Shown one piece after another: positions 53,795 to 63,081 of a DNA stretch of 64,000 bases; positions within the stretch are counted from its first letter, which is position 1; each line of letters begins with the position of its first letter. Origin of the DNA: a virus; the IMG/VR virus record IMGVR_UViG_3300044839_000009, positions 23,407 through 87,406 of that record, one strand, 5' to 3'. The notes beneath the pieces are model-generated. The model did no database searches. It was not told where the DNA came from and saw only the letters and a list, made by a program, of their open reading frames with translations. The position numbers were made by a program, and so were the translations under genes.

Positions 53795-54372
53795 GCGGCC
53801 ACCTGCTTGCGCCGGTTGCGCTGTCGGCGTGTGTCCATGCAGGTGTTGCAGTAGGTGGATCCGTCGGGTCCGATGCGGCCCTCTGTCATCTGGTCGTGGC
53901 CGGCGGTACACGTGTCGCTGGGGAGTGCGGGGAGGCCGTCGAGTGCGCGGAGCTGGCGCCGTACTTGCTGGCGTTCTTCGCGGTCGGCGACGTGGGCGGG
54001 TGCGACGCATCCGGGCCGGTCGCAGTCGGCTTGTACGCGGCCGATGGGCTGGCGGCCGGTGCGCAGGGTGAAGGCGACGCGGTAGGCGCTGTGCTGGCGG
54101 TCTGCGTGGCGGAAGGTGGGTGTGCCGTCGGAGCCGCGGGGTCCGTTCCAGCGGAGGTGTCCGCTGTCGGCGTTCTGGGTGTAGCGGTGGAAGACGTCGC
54201 TGATGGTGGGCTGGGTCGGGTTGGTGCGGGGTGCGCCGGGGATGTTGAGGCGGTCGCGGATGCGCATGGCGGTCTGTCGGGCGATGCCGAGCTTGGCGGC
54301 GATCTGCGGGTTGGTGAGGCCTTGGTCGGCGAGTTCACGGACGGCGTCGAGGTGGCGGCTGGTGCGGGTCAT
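53791..54372 (-). CDS. HTH plus degenerate HNH-like protein
   Basis: LTNPQIAAKLGIARQT; GHLRWNG...SAYRVAF...CDRPGCVAPAHV; CTAGH...CNTC. Confidence 0.7.
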   Translation of the reverse strand: MTRTSRHLDAVRELADQGLTNPQIAAKLGIARQTAMRIRDRLNIPGAPRTNPTQPTISDVFHRYTQNADSGHLRWNGPRGSDGTPTFRHADRQHSAYRVAFTLRTGRQPIGRVQADCDRPGCVAPAHVADREERQQVRRQLRALDGLPALPSDTCTAGHDQMTEGRIGPDGSTYCNTCMDTRRQRNRRKQVAA

Positions 54373-54989
54373 GCCGTCACCTGCTTACGGGCGTTGGTGC
54401 AGGAGCGGCTGGGCCGGTCCTCGAGGTGGTCGCCTTTGACGCAGAGGTTGTTGCCGCAGGTGGGGCGCACGATTCCGATGGGTTCGACGCCGGTGTGCTG
54501 CTGGTAGGCGTAGCGGGTGGCGAGGTATTGGCGGCCGAGGTAGGAGAGCCGGGGGTTGCCGTCTTTGGCGTTTCCGGTCCAGATGAGGTGGCCGTCGTCG
54601 GTGGGCTTCGTTTTCGAGGCGAAGCGCTGGTCGATGGTGTCGGTGGTGCACCAGGCGGCGGGGCGGCTGCCGTCGGGGGCGAATTCGCGGTCGGGCCAGC
54701 CGTCGTCGTTCCAGCGGGCGATGGTGCGGTCGCTGGCTCCGACGCGTTCGGCGATGAGTATGTTGCGGCGGGCCAGGTCGTCTTCGTCGCGGAGCAGCGA
54801 GTACAGGCGTCGGGCGGTCTCGTAGCGTTCGGCTTCGTTGAGCTCGGTGGGCTCCCCGTTGAGGGCGCGTTCCATGGCCATGACGTCGTAGGGGCCGTCC
54901 TCGAGGTCGGCGGCGTCCCAGATGTAGAAGCGGGCGCGGTTGCGCATCGGGTTGTAGCCGGCGAGGGGCTCGTAGTGGGCGATGCTCAC
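54369..54989 (-). CDS. HTH plus degenerate HNH-like protein
   Basis: IAERVGASDRTIARW; GHLIWTG...ATRYAY...TCGNNLCVKGDHL. Confidence 0.7.
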   Translation of the reverse strand: MSIAHYEPLAGYNPMRNRARFYIWDAADLEDGPYDVMAMERALNGEPTELNEAERYETARRLYSLLRDEDDLARRNILIAERVGASDRTIARWNDDGWPDREFAPDGSRPAAWCTTDTIDQRFASKTKPTDDGHLIWTGNAKDGNPRLSYLGRQYLATRYAYQQHTGVEPIGIVRPTCGNNLCVKGDHLEDRPSRSCTNARKQVTA

Positions 54990-55273
54990 CGGGGGTCCTC
55001 CTCGGTGATGTGGTCGTAGGCGGGCATGTCCCACAGGTCGAAGCAGATGGCGAGGTCGGCGACGCGGTGGGCTTCTTCGATGCGCCTGTTGAACGCGGTG
55101 ATGGCGTCGGTCTCGGCGTCGGCGGCGGTGCGGGTGGACGTGGCCCGGGCGCGGCGGTCGGCGCGGACGGCCCAGACGATCCACCAGGTGAGCAGCACGA
55201 GCGGCAGCCAGATGGGCACGTAGGCGATGACCTGGATGAGGGCGTCGATGACGGCGAACTTGAGGTCGCTCAT
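54986..55273 (-). CDS. Small membrane protein
   Basis: IQVIAYVPIWLPLVLLTWWIVW. Confidence 0.6.
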   Translation of the reverse strand: MSDLKFAVIDALIQVIAYVPIWLPLVLLTWWIVWAVRADRRARATSTRTAADAETDAITAFNRRIEEAHRVADLAICFDLWDMPAYDHITEEDPR

Positions 55274-55755
55274 GCGGTCACCTCGCGCACTTCGATCCCT
55301 GCGGCGCGGGCGAGGCGCATGCAGCCGCGGGTGCCGTAGGAGGGGCCGGTGGGGTCGGGGAACGCGAGCATGTAGTCGGGCCGCGGCTTCTTGGCGACCA
55401 TGAGGCCGTTGCGTCGGGGCCCTGCGCTGGGGCAGTAGTCGTCGCAGATGCCGGGGTGGTAGATGTCGCCGGGCTTCTTGCGGTGCCGGTGGTTTGCGGC
55501 GGTCGGGCAGTTGGGCGCGCAGTGGTCCCAGTCGGCGGGCATGGGGTCTTCTGTGACGCCGAGCCATTCGCCGCATTCGCGGATCCAGACGGAGGCCGTG
55601 TCGTCGGCGGAGCTGTCGCCGGGGCAGGCGCCGTGCCGGACGACGATGGGGCCGTCGGCGATGTTGAGCGCGATGTCGGCGAGGGTGCCGGAGACGATGC
55701 CGGGTTCGGGGAGGTTCCGGCCGCCGGCCAGCAGGATGGTCAGGACGTCGCTCAT
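55270..55755 (-). CDS. SLOG/DUF2493 (YspA-like) nucleotide-binding protein
   Basis: ILLAGGR, VRHGAC..SAD, ADW, AGPRRN.LMV and GTRGCMRLARAAGI. Confidence 0.8.
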   Translation of the reverse strand: MSDVLTILLAGGRNLPEPGIVSGTLADIALNIADGPIVVRHGACPGDSSADDTASVWIRECGEWLGVTEDPMPADWDHCAPNCPTAANHRHRKKPGDIYHPGICDDYCPSAGPRRNGLMVAKKPRPDYMLAFPDPTGPSYGTRGCMRLARAAGIEVREVTA

Positions 55756-56096
55756 GCGGCCCTCCCGTTGATGGCCGCGCGGGTGCCTTTCCAGGTGCGG
55801 ACGCCGGAGTGGTTGGCGGTGGGCCGGTCGCTGGCCGCCCAGCCTGAGGTTTTGATGAAGCCCTCCTCCTTGAGGAGGGTCATGAGGCGTCCCCATTGGT
55901 GGTGGTCGGGGGGTTCGGGGAGTTTGTGCTGGTCGGCGACGGAGTAGCAGGTGAAGACGCGGCCCGACTCGGCGGCGGTCACGAATGCGGGCCACACGTC
56001 GGCGAGCCACGTCTCGTAGTCGTCGGCGCGCTGCCGGGCGGCGGGGAGCTTGGGTGCGGGGATGGTGCCGTCGAGGGCGGGCTGGGTGATGGTCAT
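55752..56096 (-). CDS. Hypothetical wHTH-like protein
   Basis: LPEPP..HQWGRL...GFIK...SDRPT...VRTWKG. Confidence 0.65.
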   Translation of the reverse strand: MTITQPALDGTIPAPKLPAARQRADDYETWLADVWPAFVTAAESGRVFTCYSVADQHKLPEPPDHHQWGRLMTLLKEEGFIKTSGWAASDRPTANHSGVRTWKGTRAAINGRAA

Positions 56097-56734
56097 CGGG
56101 CACCGCCGGACGGGATCAGGGCGTAGGCGTATCGGTACTGGTCTTCGAGTGCGGCGAGGGCTTCAGTGGGCCGGGGGTCTTGCTCGGCCTCGTGGGCGAG
56201 GAGGGGCATGCCGCTGTCGATGGCGGCGAGGGTCTCGTCCCTGGTGGCCTCGCGTCCTTCGGCGAACCACAGGACCTGGGCGGGATGGCCGACATCGAAG
56301 AGTCGGTGTTCGGGCATGGGTCGCCAGCTGCGGGTGACCCAGACGAGGGCGACGCCGGGGTTGCGGCGGATCATGATTCCGTCCGGTTCGGCAGCGTCGT
56401 CGGGCAGGTTGTTGTCGCGGCGCCGCATGGCCGGGGTGGTGAGGAACGGGCAGGCGGTCGCGGCGTAGATGGCGCAGTCGCGGTGCGACGGGGGTTCGGA
56501 GCTGACGCGGTTGATGGCGCACATGGGGCCGATGACGAATGCGGCGTTGGCGCCGAGCGGGCCGCCGCACAGCCAGCACTGGCCGAAGCGGACGGCGTCG
56601 TCGATCTTGCCAGCGCCGACGACGCGGAAGTCGGGCTGGCCGTCGATCCAGGCGACGAACCAGGGCACCGGGTATCCGGCGGTGTTCTTCGGTAGCTTGG
56701 CGATGCGTGGCGGCGGGGTGGGCAGTGAGCGCAT
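56093..56734 (-). CDS. Conserved-looking zinc-binding protein
   Basis: GYPVPWFV...CWLCG...GPMC...EPPSHRDCA.YA..ACPFL. Confidence 0.7.
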   Translation of the reverse strand: MRSLPTPPPRIAKLPKNTAGYPVPWFVAWIDGQPDFRVVGAGKIDDAVRFGQCWLCGGPLGANAAFVIGPMCAINRVSSEPPSHRDCAIYAATACPFLTTPAMRRRDNNLPDDAAEPDGIMIRRNPGVALVWVTRSWRPMPEHRLFDVGHPAQVLWFAEGREATRDETLAAIDSGMPLLAHEAEQDPRPTEALAALEDQYRYAYALIPSGGAR

Positions 56735-56800
56735 GGGATGCTCCTGGTCTGCCGTGGCCGCGCTGTTTCGGGCAGCGCGGCCACGGCGAGGCGGGGTGGG

Positions 56801-57562
56801 TTACGGGGTGGGTGGCTGGACGTCGGCCGGGACCGTGGCGGGGATCAGCGGCCAGAACTGGTTGACGTTCACGTCGGGGTTGAGTCGGCGCAGGTGCTCC
56901 TGGAAGCCGGCGGCCCAGCGGCCATGCCAGGTGACCTGCCAGGCGTGCAGCTGGTGCGCGTCGACCTGGAGCTCCGGGTACTTCTCGCCGATGCGGACAG
57001 CGACCTCGAGCGCAGCCTGAGCGTCAGCAGCGGCGGTGTGGGCGTCGGTCAGCTCGACGCCGTACAGGGCGCACAGCACCTCGAGCCGCCGCTTGCCCTT
57101 GCGGTATTTGTCGGCCGCGCGGTCGAGGACGAGCGGGTCAACGATCGGCGCGACGGGACCGCCGTGGCGGTCGGTCAGTGTCGGCAGTCCGTGGCGGGCG
57201 CATTCGCGATCGAGGATGGTCAAATCGAACGGAGCGTTCATGATGACGATCGAGGCGCGGGTGGCGAGTTCGTCGGCGAGGGCCTCGGCGATCTCGTCGA
57301 TGACCAGCGCGGCGGGCTGGCCGTGTTCTCTGGCGTGCTCCGTCGTGATGCCGTGCACGGCCGTCGCGCCGGCGGGAATCTCAACCTCCGGGTCGGCCAG
57401 CCACAGGCGCGGCTCCCGGCCGGGGACGACGAGGGCGGCGCTGACGATGCGGTCTTCCTCGACGTCCGTCCCGGTGGTCTCGCAGTCATAGCCGGCGAGG
57501 TAGCCGAGGTGCCACGGGGCGCCGAGTACGCCGCCCTGCTCGGGCTGGACGAAGGCGGTCAT
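56801..57562 (-). CDS. DEDDh 3'-5' exonuclease (DnaQ-like)
   Basis: YDCETTG, VHGIT, NAPFDL, VDPL and AHTAAADA. Confidence 0.92.
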   Translation of the reverse strand: MTAFVQPEQGGVLGAPWHLGYLAGYDCETTGTDVEEDRIVSAALVVPGREPRLWLADPEVEIPAGATAVHGITTEHAREHGQPAALVIDEIAEALADELATRASIVIMNAPFDLTILDRECARHGLPTLTDRHGGPVAPIVDPLVLDRAADKYRKGKRRLEVLCALYGVELTDAHTAAADAQAALEVAVRIGEKYPELQVDAHQLHAWQVTWHGRWAAGFQEHLRRLNPDVNVNQFWPLIPATVPADVQPPTP

Positions 57563-58098
57563 GACGCCTCGCTCTCGGGTCCGGCGGTGATCTGCGGCAG
57601 GAGGATCTCGGCGAGGCGCCCCTCACGCCACGCCTGCGCGATGTCGGCGCGGCCGGTCTTGGTGAACCGCACTGCGTGGGTGCGCGCCCTGGCCGGCGCG
57701 ATGTGGACGCCCGGCACTTCGTGGATGACGCCCGTATCCGGGTCCGGCCAGTCCGTCCCGCCGATGGCCGTCAGCTCCTTGAGGAGCCGCGACCGGAACG
57801 CGGTGCGCACCGTGGTGGTGAACTTCCGCTCGACCTCGGTGGGGAAGGCGCTGCGGACCCACTCCATGAACGCGTCCTCATCGGCGACCTTCGCTTCGGC
57901 GGAGCCGCTGGAGATGCTGACGGTGGCGATCTGCCGGCCGTCGGGGAGTGCGGCGCCGATCTGGCGGGTGCCGGTCTCTTCGGCGGCGGCGTCGAGAAGC
58001 TGCTGCACTTCGGCGCGGGTGGCCTTGTAGGCGGTGTCGATCTCGTCGAGGAGGGTCTTCAGGTACGCCTCACGGGCGGCCGCGTCTTTGAGGCTCAT
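57559..58098 (-). CDS. Coiled-coil recombination-module protein (Gam/Gp157-like)
   Basis: Lies between bet and the exonuclease; N-terminal coiled coil, DPDTGVIHEVPGV. Confidence 0.5.
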   Translation of the reverse strand: MSLKDAAAREAYLKTLLDEIDTAYKATRAEVQQLLDAAAEETGTRQIGAALPDGRQIATVSISSGSAEAKVADEDAFMEWVRSAFPTEVERKFTTTVRTAFRSRLLKELTAIGGTDWPDPDTGVIHEVPGVHIAPARARTHAVRFTKTGRADIAQAWREGRLAEILLPQITAGPESEAS

Positions 58099-59189
58099 GC
58101 GGCACCGGCCAGGAGGCGGGTCATCTCGGTGACGTTGCCGACGGTGGCTTCGGAGATGGGCAGGCCGTAGGAGGACTCGAACTCCTCGTCGAGGTTGGTG
58201 ATGCCGGCGCGCTGAGCGGCGGTACGGAGCCGCTGGACGGCGGTGGCGTGCTCGTCCTGCGGCTGGTCCGGGACGACCTCGGCATCCACCACGTCGTCGG
58301 CGGTGGTGGGCGGCGCCAACTCCTGGCCCCGCGTGATCAGGTAGGCGCCGAGCTCCGGCAGCTCTCGATCGATCTTCACCGTCTCGCCGAGGAGTCCAGC
58401 CGTGTTCGCCTGCCGGTAGATCTCCTTGACCGCCGTCTGGTCGGTCGCCTTCGCTGCGGTGTCGGCGAAGTCCTGTGCGGGCTGCGACCGCCCCTTGACT
58501 GCCGCGTTGCTCTGCGGCTCGGCCGTGGCCCACGGGTCGCCCTCGCCCGGCTGCACCTGTCGCAGGTGCCGCTCCTCGGCGGCAGGGTTGTCGGCCTGCG
58601 CCATCTCCTCGGCCGTGTACACGCCAGCGAGGTCGTGCGGGAACGCCTTGCGCAGCGCCAGCGCCTCGGCGCACTTCGCGAGCTGCCCGGCGGGCATCTT
58701 GCCCCACAGGCCCATCGGCTTGTTTTCCTTGCTGGTGGTCTGCACGTACTCGCGGAATAGCGCCACGGCGGGGAACCGCTGGCCGTTCCGGATCACCGAG
58801 ACCTTCACGGCGGCAGGCGGCGCGTCGGACAGCCACACGTCACGCCACTGGCCGTCCTTGTCGCACCACAGGGCGTCCTCGTAGCCGAAGTCGCCGCCCT
58901 GCTCAGCGACCACCCGGTGGGCGACTACCCGGTAGCCGTCGATGCTGGTCTGCGGCGTGTACACCTTCCGCTGCTGCCGGTTGTCCCAGCGGCCGATGAG
59001 GTAGATCTGCCGGGAGAACGGGTCCAGTCGGGTGCGCTGGCAGAGGTGGAGGAATGCGGACAGTTCCTCGGGGGCCACCTGGTTGTCGATGCCGGACTGC
59101 TGCAGGACGGCGGCCTGCGCGGGGGTCCAGTCGGTCTGGTCAGGGCGGATGGCGAGCGCTCCGCCTGTCTTGATGATTTCGGTGCTCAC
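58095..59189 (-). CDS. bet: Phage single-strand annealing recombinase Bet
   Basis: FLHLCQRTRLDPFSRQIY...QTSIDGYRVVA...WGKMPAGQLAKCAEALALRKAFP. Confidence 0.92.
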   Translation of the reverse strand: MSTEIIKTGGALAIRPDQTDWTPAQAAVLQQSGIDNQVAPEELSAFLHLCQRTRLDPFSRQIYLIGRWDNRQQRKVYTPQTSIDGYRVVAHRVVAEQGGDFGYEDALWCDKDGQWRDVWLSDAPPAAVKVSVIRNGQRFPAVALFREYVQTTSKENKPMGLWGKMPAGQLAKCAEALALRKAFPHDLAGVYTAEEMAQADNPAAEERHLRQVQPGEGDPWATAEPQSNAAVKGRSQPAQDFADTAAKATDQTAVKEIYRQANTAGLLGETVKIDRELPELGAYLITRGQELAPPTTADDVVDAEVVPDQPQDEHATAVQRLRTAAQRAGITNLDEEFESSYGLPISEATVGNVTEMTRLLAGAA

Positions 59190-59406
59190 GGTGTCTCCGG
59201 TGATTGGTGTTCGGGTGGTGCCGGTGGTGCGGTGCGTTCGGCGTCGGTGATGGAAGCCCCGCCCTCCGCTGGGGGGAGGTGGGAGGGCGGGGCCTCGGTG
59301 GCGCCGGGCGGCTGGGGGGGGTTGCGGCCACGGCGCCGGTCAGGTGGCTTGTGGCCCGGCGGGGGTGACGGTCTGGTGGCGCGTCACACCCGCCAGGAGT
59401 CGGGGG

Positions 59407-60009
59407 TTATCCGGTGCGGCCGTCGGAGCCGACGGTGACGCTCGGCCCGGCGTCGGCGAGCATCCGCGACAGCAGGCGGGCGGGGTCGGTGATGCGGGCG
59501 GTGGCGGGGAAGCGGTGCTCGGCTGTCGGCTCGTCGAGGCGGACTTCGAGGACTGCCGGGCCGACGGGCTTCGGGCCCCATCCCTGCCGCATCTGGTCGA
59601 GGTAGTCGTCGGGGAAGTCGTCGCCCACGTGCTGCACCGGTTCGGTCTCCTGGTCGTCCGGCTCCCCGCCGCCGTGGGCGGGGAGCGTCGATACGGAGCA
59701 CACGTTGGCCTTGAACTGGCGGAGGGCGACGAGCTCTTCGTAGTCGTCGCCCCGCTGCCGTTCGGCTACGAGGGCCCGCGCCTCGAACTCCATGGCCTCG
59801 ACGACAGCCACGCCGAGCTGGCCGGCGGTCTGGCGAACTTCGGCGAAGTACCAGGTGACGTGCTGGTCAGCCTCGACGAGCTGGCGGAGCAGCCGCTTGA
59901 TGTAGTCGCGGGCGCCGTCCATCTGGTGGCTCAGCTCGCGGACCTTGTCGCTGGCACGGTGCTTCGGCTGGGACCGCTCACGGCGCGGCCACGAGAGGGC
60001 GACGCTCAT
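59407..60009 (-). CDS. Hypothetical coiled-coil protein
   Basis: KHRASDKVREL... Confidence 0.6.
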   Translation of the reverse strand: MSVALSWPRRERSQPKHRASDKVRELSHQMDGARDYIKRLLRQLVEADQHVTWYFAEVRQTAGQLGVAVVEAMEFEARALVAERQRGDDYEELVALRQFKANVCSVSTLPAHGGGEPDDQETEPVQHVGDDFPDDYLDQMRQGWGPKPVGPAVLEVRLDEPTAEHRFPATARITDPARLLSRMLADAGPSVTVGSDGRTG

Positions 60010-60374
60010 GCCGTCGCCTCCCCTGCCGGGCATTCGCTGCAGGTGCGGGCGTCGGGGGTGTCGAGGTGTCCGCACTCGAACAGGAGGATTGCGTCGTGGC
60101 GTTCGGCGGCTTCGCGGGTGGCGGCGGCGATGTCGCGGTTGACCTCGGGTGCGTCGAGTGTCCAGTCGGTGATGCCCTTGAGGTCGTCGGCGAAGGCGGC
60201 GGCTGCGGCCTCGCTGCAGGTCACCCATGGGAGGCGGAGTCCTGTGTGCTGGTGGAGGACCATCCAGGAGATGTCGTCGCCGGTGGCGGCCGGGTAGACG
60301 CCGAGGCCGGGGGTGTTGGTGGCGATGGCGTCGATGGTCTGGCGCGGGGTCTGGAGCGAGATGGTGACGGTCAC
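60006..60374 (-). CDS. Hypothetical protein
   Basis: TPGLGVYP...WMVLHQHTGL. Confidence 0.55.
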   Translation of the reverse strand: MTVTISLQTPRQTIDAIATNTPGLGVYPAATGDDISWMVLHQHTGLRLPWVTCSEAAAAAFADDLKGITDWTLDAPEVNRDIAAATREAAERHDAILLFECGHLDTPDARTCSECPAGEATA

Positions 60375-60664
60375 AGGTGAGTCCCCCTTCGGGTGGTGCC
60401 GTGCGGCATGTCGGAGGCGCGGGTGGCGCGGCGGGCGCGCTGCTGCTGTACGGCGGCGTAGTGGGCGTCGACGGCGACGGCCTCGGGGTTGTCGTCGAGG
60501 CGGACGACGTGGAGGTCTTCGAGGCCGTCCCAGAACGCGTCGGCCTTGGCCTTGTCGGTGGCGTCTTCCTGCTTGCGGTGGGCGCGGCCTTCGGAGATGC
60601 GCGGGCCGAACAGGAGCAGCAGGCAGGCGACGATGCCGATCGAGAGGCAGATGACGGTCGTCAC
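60371..60664 (-). CDS. Small membrane-anchored protein
   Basis: N-terminal hydrophobic helix. Confidence 0.55.
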   Translation of the reverse strand: MTTVICLSIGIVACLLLLFGPRISEGRAHRKQEDATDKAKADAFWDGLEDLHVVRLDDNPEAVAVDAHYAAVQQQRARRATRASDMPHGTTRRGTHL

Positions 60665-60984
60665 GCGGCACCGCCGATCGCGGCGTCGAGGGCGGCCTGC
60701 TGGGTGGCGCCCTTGATGTGGGGGCACCGCGCGGCGAGGTCGATGTCGGCGCGGTAGCGGTCCCAGCTCATGAGCTCCAGGCGGTAGCCCTGCCGGGTGT
60801 ACTTGGCGCGTTCGCGCTGCGTCGGCCAGATCTCGCAGAGCGCCTGGTCGAGCGTGGCGTGGACGGTGTCCCCGTAGGCGGCGGTGAGGGCACCGGTCGG
60901 GCATCCGCACGGCGCGAACGTGATCCACACGCACTTGCTCAGCGGCCACAGCGTGCCGTCGATCTGCACCATCAGGTCAGGCAT
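60661..60984 (-). CDS. Hypothetical protein
   Basis: CVWITFAPCGCP. Confidence 0.6.
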   Translation of the reverse strand: MPDLMVQIDGTLWPLSKCVWITFAPCGCPTGALTAAYGDTVHATLDQALCEIWPTQRERAKYTRQGYRLELMSWDRYRADIDLAARCPHIKGATQQAALDAAIGGAA

Positions 60985-61083
60985 GGTCGCCCCCTTCGGG
61001 CGGTCGGATTGCGGTGAGTGCGGCGCCTGCGGCCGCGACGGTTAGCTGCCACAGCAGCGCCGGGTACAAGGCGAGAGCGGCGA

Positions 61084-61452
61084 TCATGAGTGCTTCCGCA
61101 GGTACGCCGGGAGCTGCACGGGCCGCCACACCGACAGCCGGTTGCCGCGCCAATGCCAGGTCTGCGGGCGGGCCCAGTTAGCTGACGGGAACGCCTTCTG
61201 CAGCAGGGCGACGATGTCGAGGGTGTCGTCACGCAGCACCGGCATCTGAGTGCCGAAGAAGTCCCGGACCACCAGGTGGTAGACGAGCTCGGCGCGGTCG
61301 CCGTCCTCCCACGTCACCGATGTGACGAGGACCGTCGCCGCGCCCGGCACGATCTGGTGGAGGTGGAACGGCAACTGCTTCAGGTAGCGGCGCCGGCGGG
61401 AAGCCGAGGCCTTGCGCGGGTGGACCGGTGCGAACTCCGTGACGGTGCTCAT
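61084..61452 (-). CDS. Hypothetical protein
   Basis: LLQKAFPSANWARPQTW. Confidence 0.6.
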   Translation of the reverse strand: MSTVTEFAPVHPRKASASRRRRYLKQLPFHLHQIVPGAATVLVTSVTWEDGDRAELVYHLVVRDFFGTQMPVLRDDTLDIVALLQKAFPSANWARPQTWHWRGNRLSVWRPVQLPAYLRKHS

Positions 61453-61688
61453 GCGGCCATCTCCTGTGGGTGGAAGGTGTCATGGATGGCTTCGATGGAC
61501 CGCACGTAGGCGCGCTGCTCACGCGGCTCCCACGTGGTCTCGTCGCGGCCGAACACGAGGTGGAACTTCGAGTCGACCCGGGCGAGCTCGGTCTCCTCGT
61601 CGTCCTCGACGCGGTCCTCGAACACCGGGGGCAGGTCGGCGACGTCGGGGAGGTCGGCCTCCCAGGCGGCCAGCAGGCGGGCGTTCAT
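61449..61688 (-). CDS. Small acidic protein
   Basis: Coupled ORF. Confidence 0.55.
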   Translation of the reverse strand: MNARLLAAWEADLPDVADLPPVFEDRVEDDEETELARVDSKFHLVFGRDETTWEPREQRAYVRSIEAIHDTFHPQEMAA

Positions 61689-61734
61689 GAGGCCACCGCG
61701 CTATCCATCTCGGCGGACGCGTCAGCAGCGGCCT

Positions 61735-61995
61735 TCAGGCGGCCTGGGCCAGTTCGTCGGCAGCGGTCCGCTCGCCCTCGGCCGCCTCGGCGATGCCGTC
61801 ACGCCACTGCTGCACCCCGGCCAGCACCCGGTCGGCGACGACGAGCTGCTCCTCGATGGGCGTGTTCAGCGAGAACTGGAACGCCATCTCCGAGCCCTGG
61901 AAGCGCCCCTCGGTGTAGAAGACCAGGGATGCCAGCGGCGGGCGACCGCCGACGACGACGCTCTTCTTGGTCCAGAAGTCGTATGCGCGGATCAT
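61735..61995 (-). CDS. Hypothetical protein
   Basis: Coupled ORF. Confidence 0.55.
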   Translation of the reverse strand: MIRAYDFWTKKSVVVGGRPPLASLVFYTEGRFQGSEMAFQFSLNTPIEEQLVVADRVLAGVQQWRDGIAEAAEGERTAADELAQAA

Positions 61996-62231
61996 CGGGT
62001 GCCTCCGGGGGTGTCGGCGCCGTCGACCACGTCGACGTGGGTGAGGGCGATGCCACCGGCGTAGCCCTCGACCATCACGACGGGCTCGCCGTGACCCAGC
62101 TCCCAGGCGACGGAGCGGGTGCGGGTGTCGAGTCGCCGGGCGACGGTCGGGTACTTCTCCGGGCGGGCGCCGGGGTAGGCGACGACGGGCGTACCGACCG
62201 AGTAGCGGGCGTTGAACTGTTCGGCGTTCAT
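61992..62231 (-). CDS. Hypothetical protein
   Basis: FNARYSVGTPVVAYPG...TRTRS.AW.LGHG..VVMVEG.AGGIALTHV. Confidence 0.65.
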   Translation of the reverse strand: MNAEQFNARYSVGTPVVAYPGARPEKYPTVARRLDTRTRSVAWELGHGEPVVMVEGYAGGIALTHVDVVDGADTPGGTR

Positions 62232-62803
62232 GCCGCCACCTGCTGACGGGCGTTGTGGACCGGGGTGGACCGGTAGTTGCGCAGCTGGTGTCCACGCAGC
62301 GTGGTCCGCCACTCGATCGGCCCGTGGCATTTCCGGAACGGGTCGTGGAACCACTCGCGCTCGAATGCCAGGTGCCCGCAGCCGGGGCACGCGATCTCCG
62401 GGCCGACCTTGCGCCGACCATGCCCGGCTGACGCCATCGCGTCCTCGCGCTGGAACCGGTCCGGCCGCTCGAACTCCAAGTCCGAGTTGAGGACGTTCGC
62501 GTTATCCAGGTGCAGGTCGCAGTAGTCGTCCGCCCAATAGGCGAGCGCCTCGTCCTCGGTCTCGGCGTCCACCCAGACGATGCGGGTGGTGGTCTCCACC
62601 ACGACGACCGGGAAGCTGCGCTCGTCCACGCCGTAGGTGCGGGGCGGCATCGTCTCGGCCAGCAGGTCGGCGATGTCCGGGTCCATCTCGGCAGGCTCCA
62701 GGCGGGGCCACTTCAGGCCGGGGTACGTGTGCTGCCCGGGATGGTTGAGGAGGAGCTGGCACTCCTGGTAGGAACCGTCGGGGTACGGGCTGGCGCACTT
62801 CAT
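62228..62803 (-). CDS. Zinc-binding hypothetical protein
   Basis: C..CQLLLNHPGQH; CPGCG. Confidence 0.6.
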   Translation of the reverse strand: MKCASPYPDGSYQECQLLLNHPGQHTYPGLKWPRLEPAEMDPDIADLLAETMPPRTYGVDERSFPVVVVETTTRIVWVDAETEDEALAYWADDYCDLHLDNANVLNSDLEFERPDRFQREDAMASAGHGRRKVGPEIACPGCGHLAFEREWFHDPFRKCHGPIEWRTTLRGHQLRNYRSTPVHNARQQVAA

Positions 62804-63081
62804 GCGGTCACCTCGGTGGTGGTCTCGGCAGGCGGGCAGGTCGGGCAGCCGGGCATCATGTGGGCGCAGGCGTTCTCGTGGGCCGGGGACTCCAGCTCGT
62901 GCCGGTACGGGTGATCCGTCGGGAACAGCTGGCGGTAGGTCTCCCAGTCGCCGTCCGCCACGGCTTTAGCCATCCACTCGCGGGCCTTGGTTTCGGCCTC
63001 GGCCTCGCGCTGCGCGCGCTGCTTGGCGATCAACTCGAACAGGCCGGCAGTCACCAGACGGGGAGAGATCGGGGCGGTCAT
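62800..63081 (-). CDS. Hypothetical protein
   Basis: CAHMMPGCPTC. Confidence 0.55.
   Translation of the reverse strand: MTAPISPRLVTAGLFELIAKQRAQREAEAETKAREWMAKAVADGDWETYRQLFPTDHPYRHELESPAHENACAHMMPGCPTCPPAETTTEVTA

Noticed and set aside
59230-59400. Hairpin cluster upstream of bet as a novel ncRNA
   Set aside because: Simple GC-rich stem-loops with no distinctive motif; similar ones occur at 32130-32190, 35610-35660 and 36145-36172
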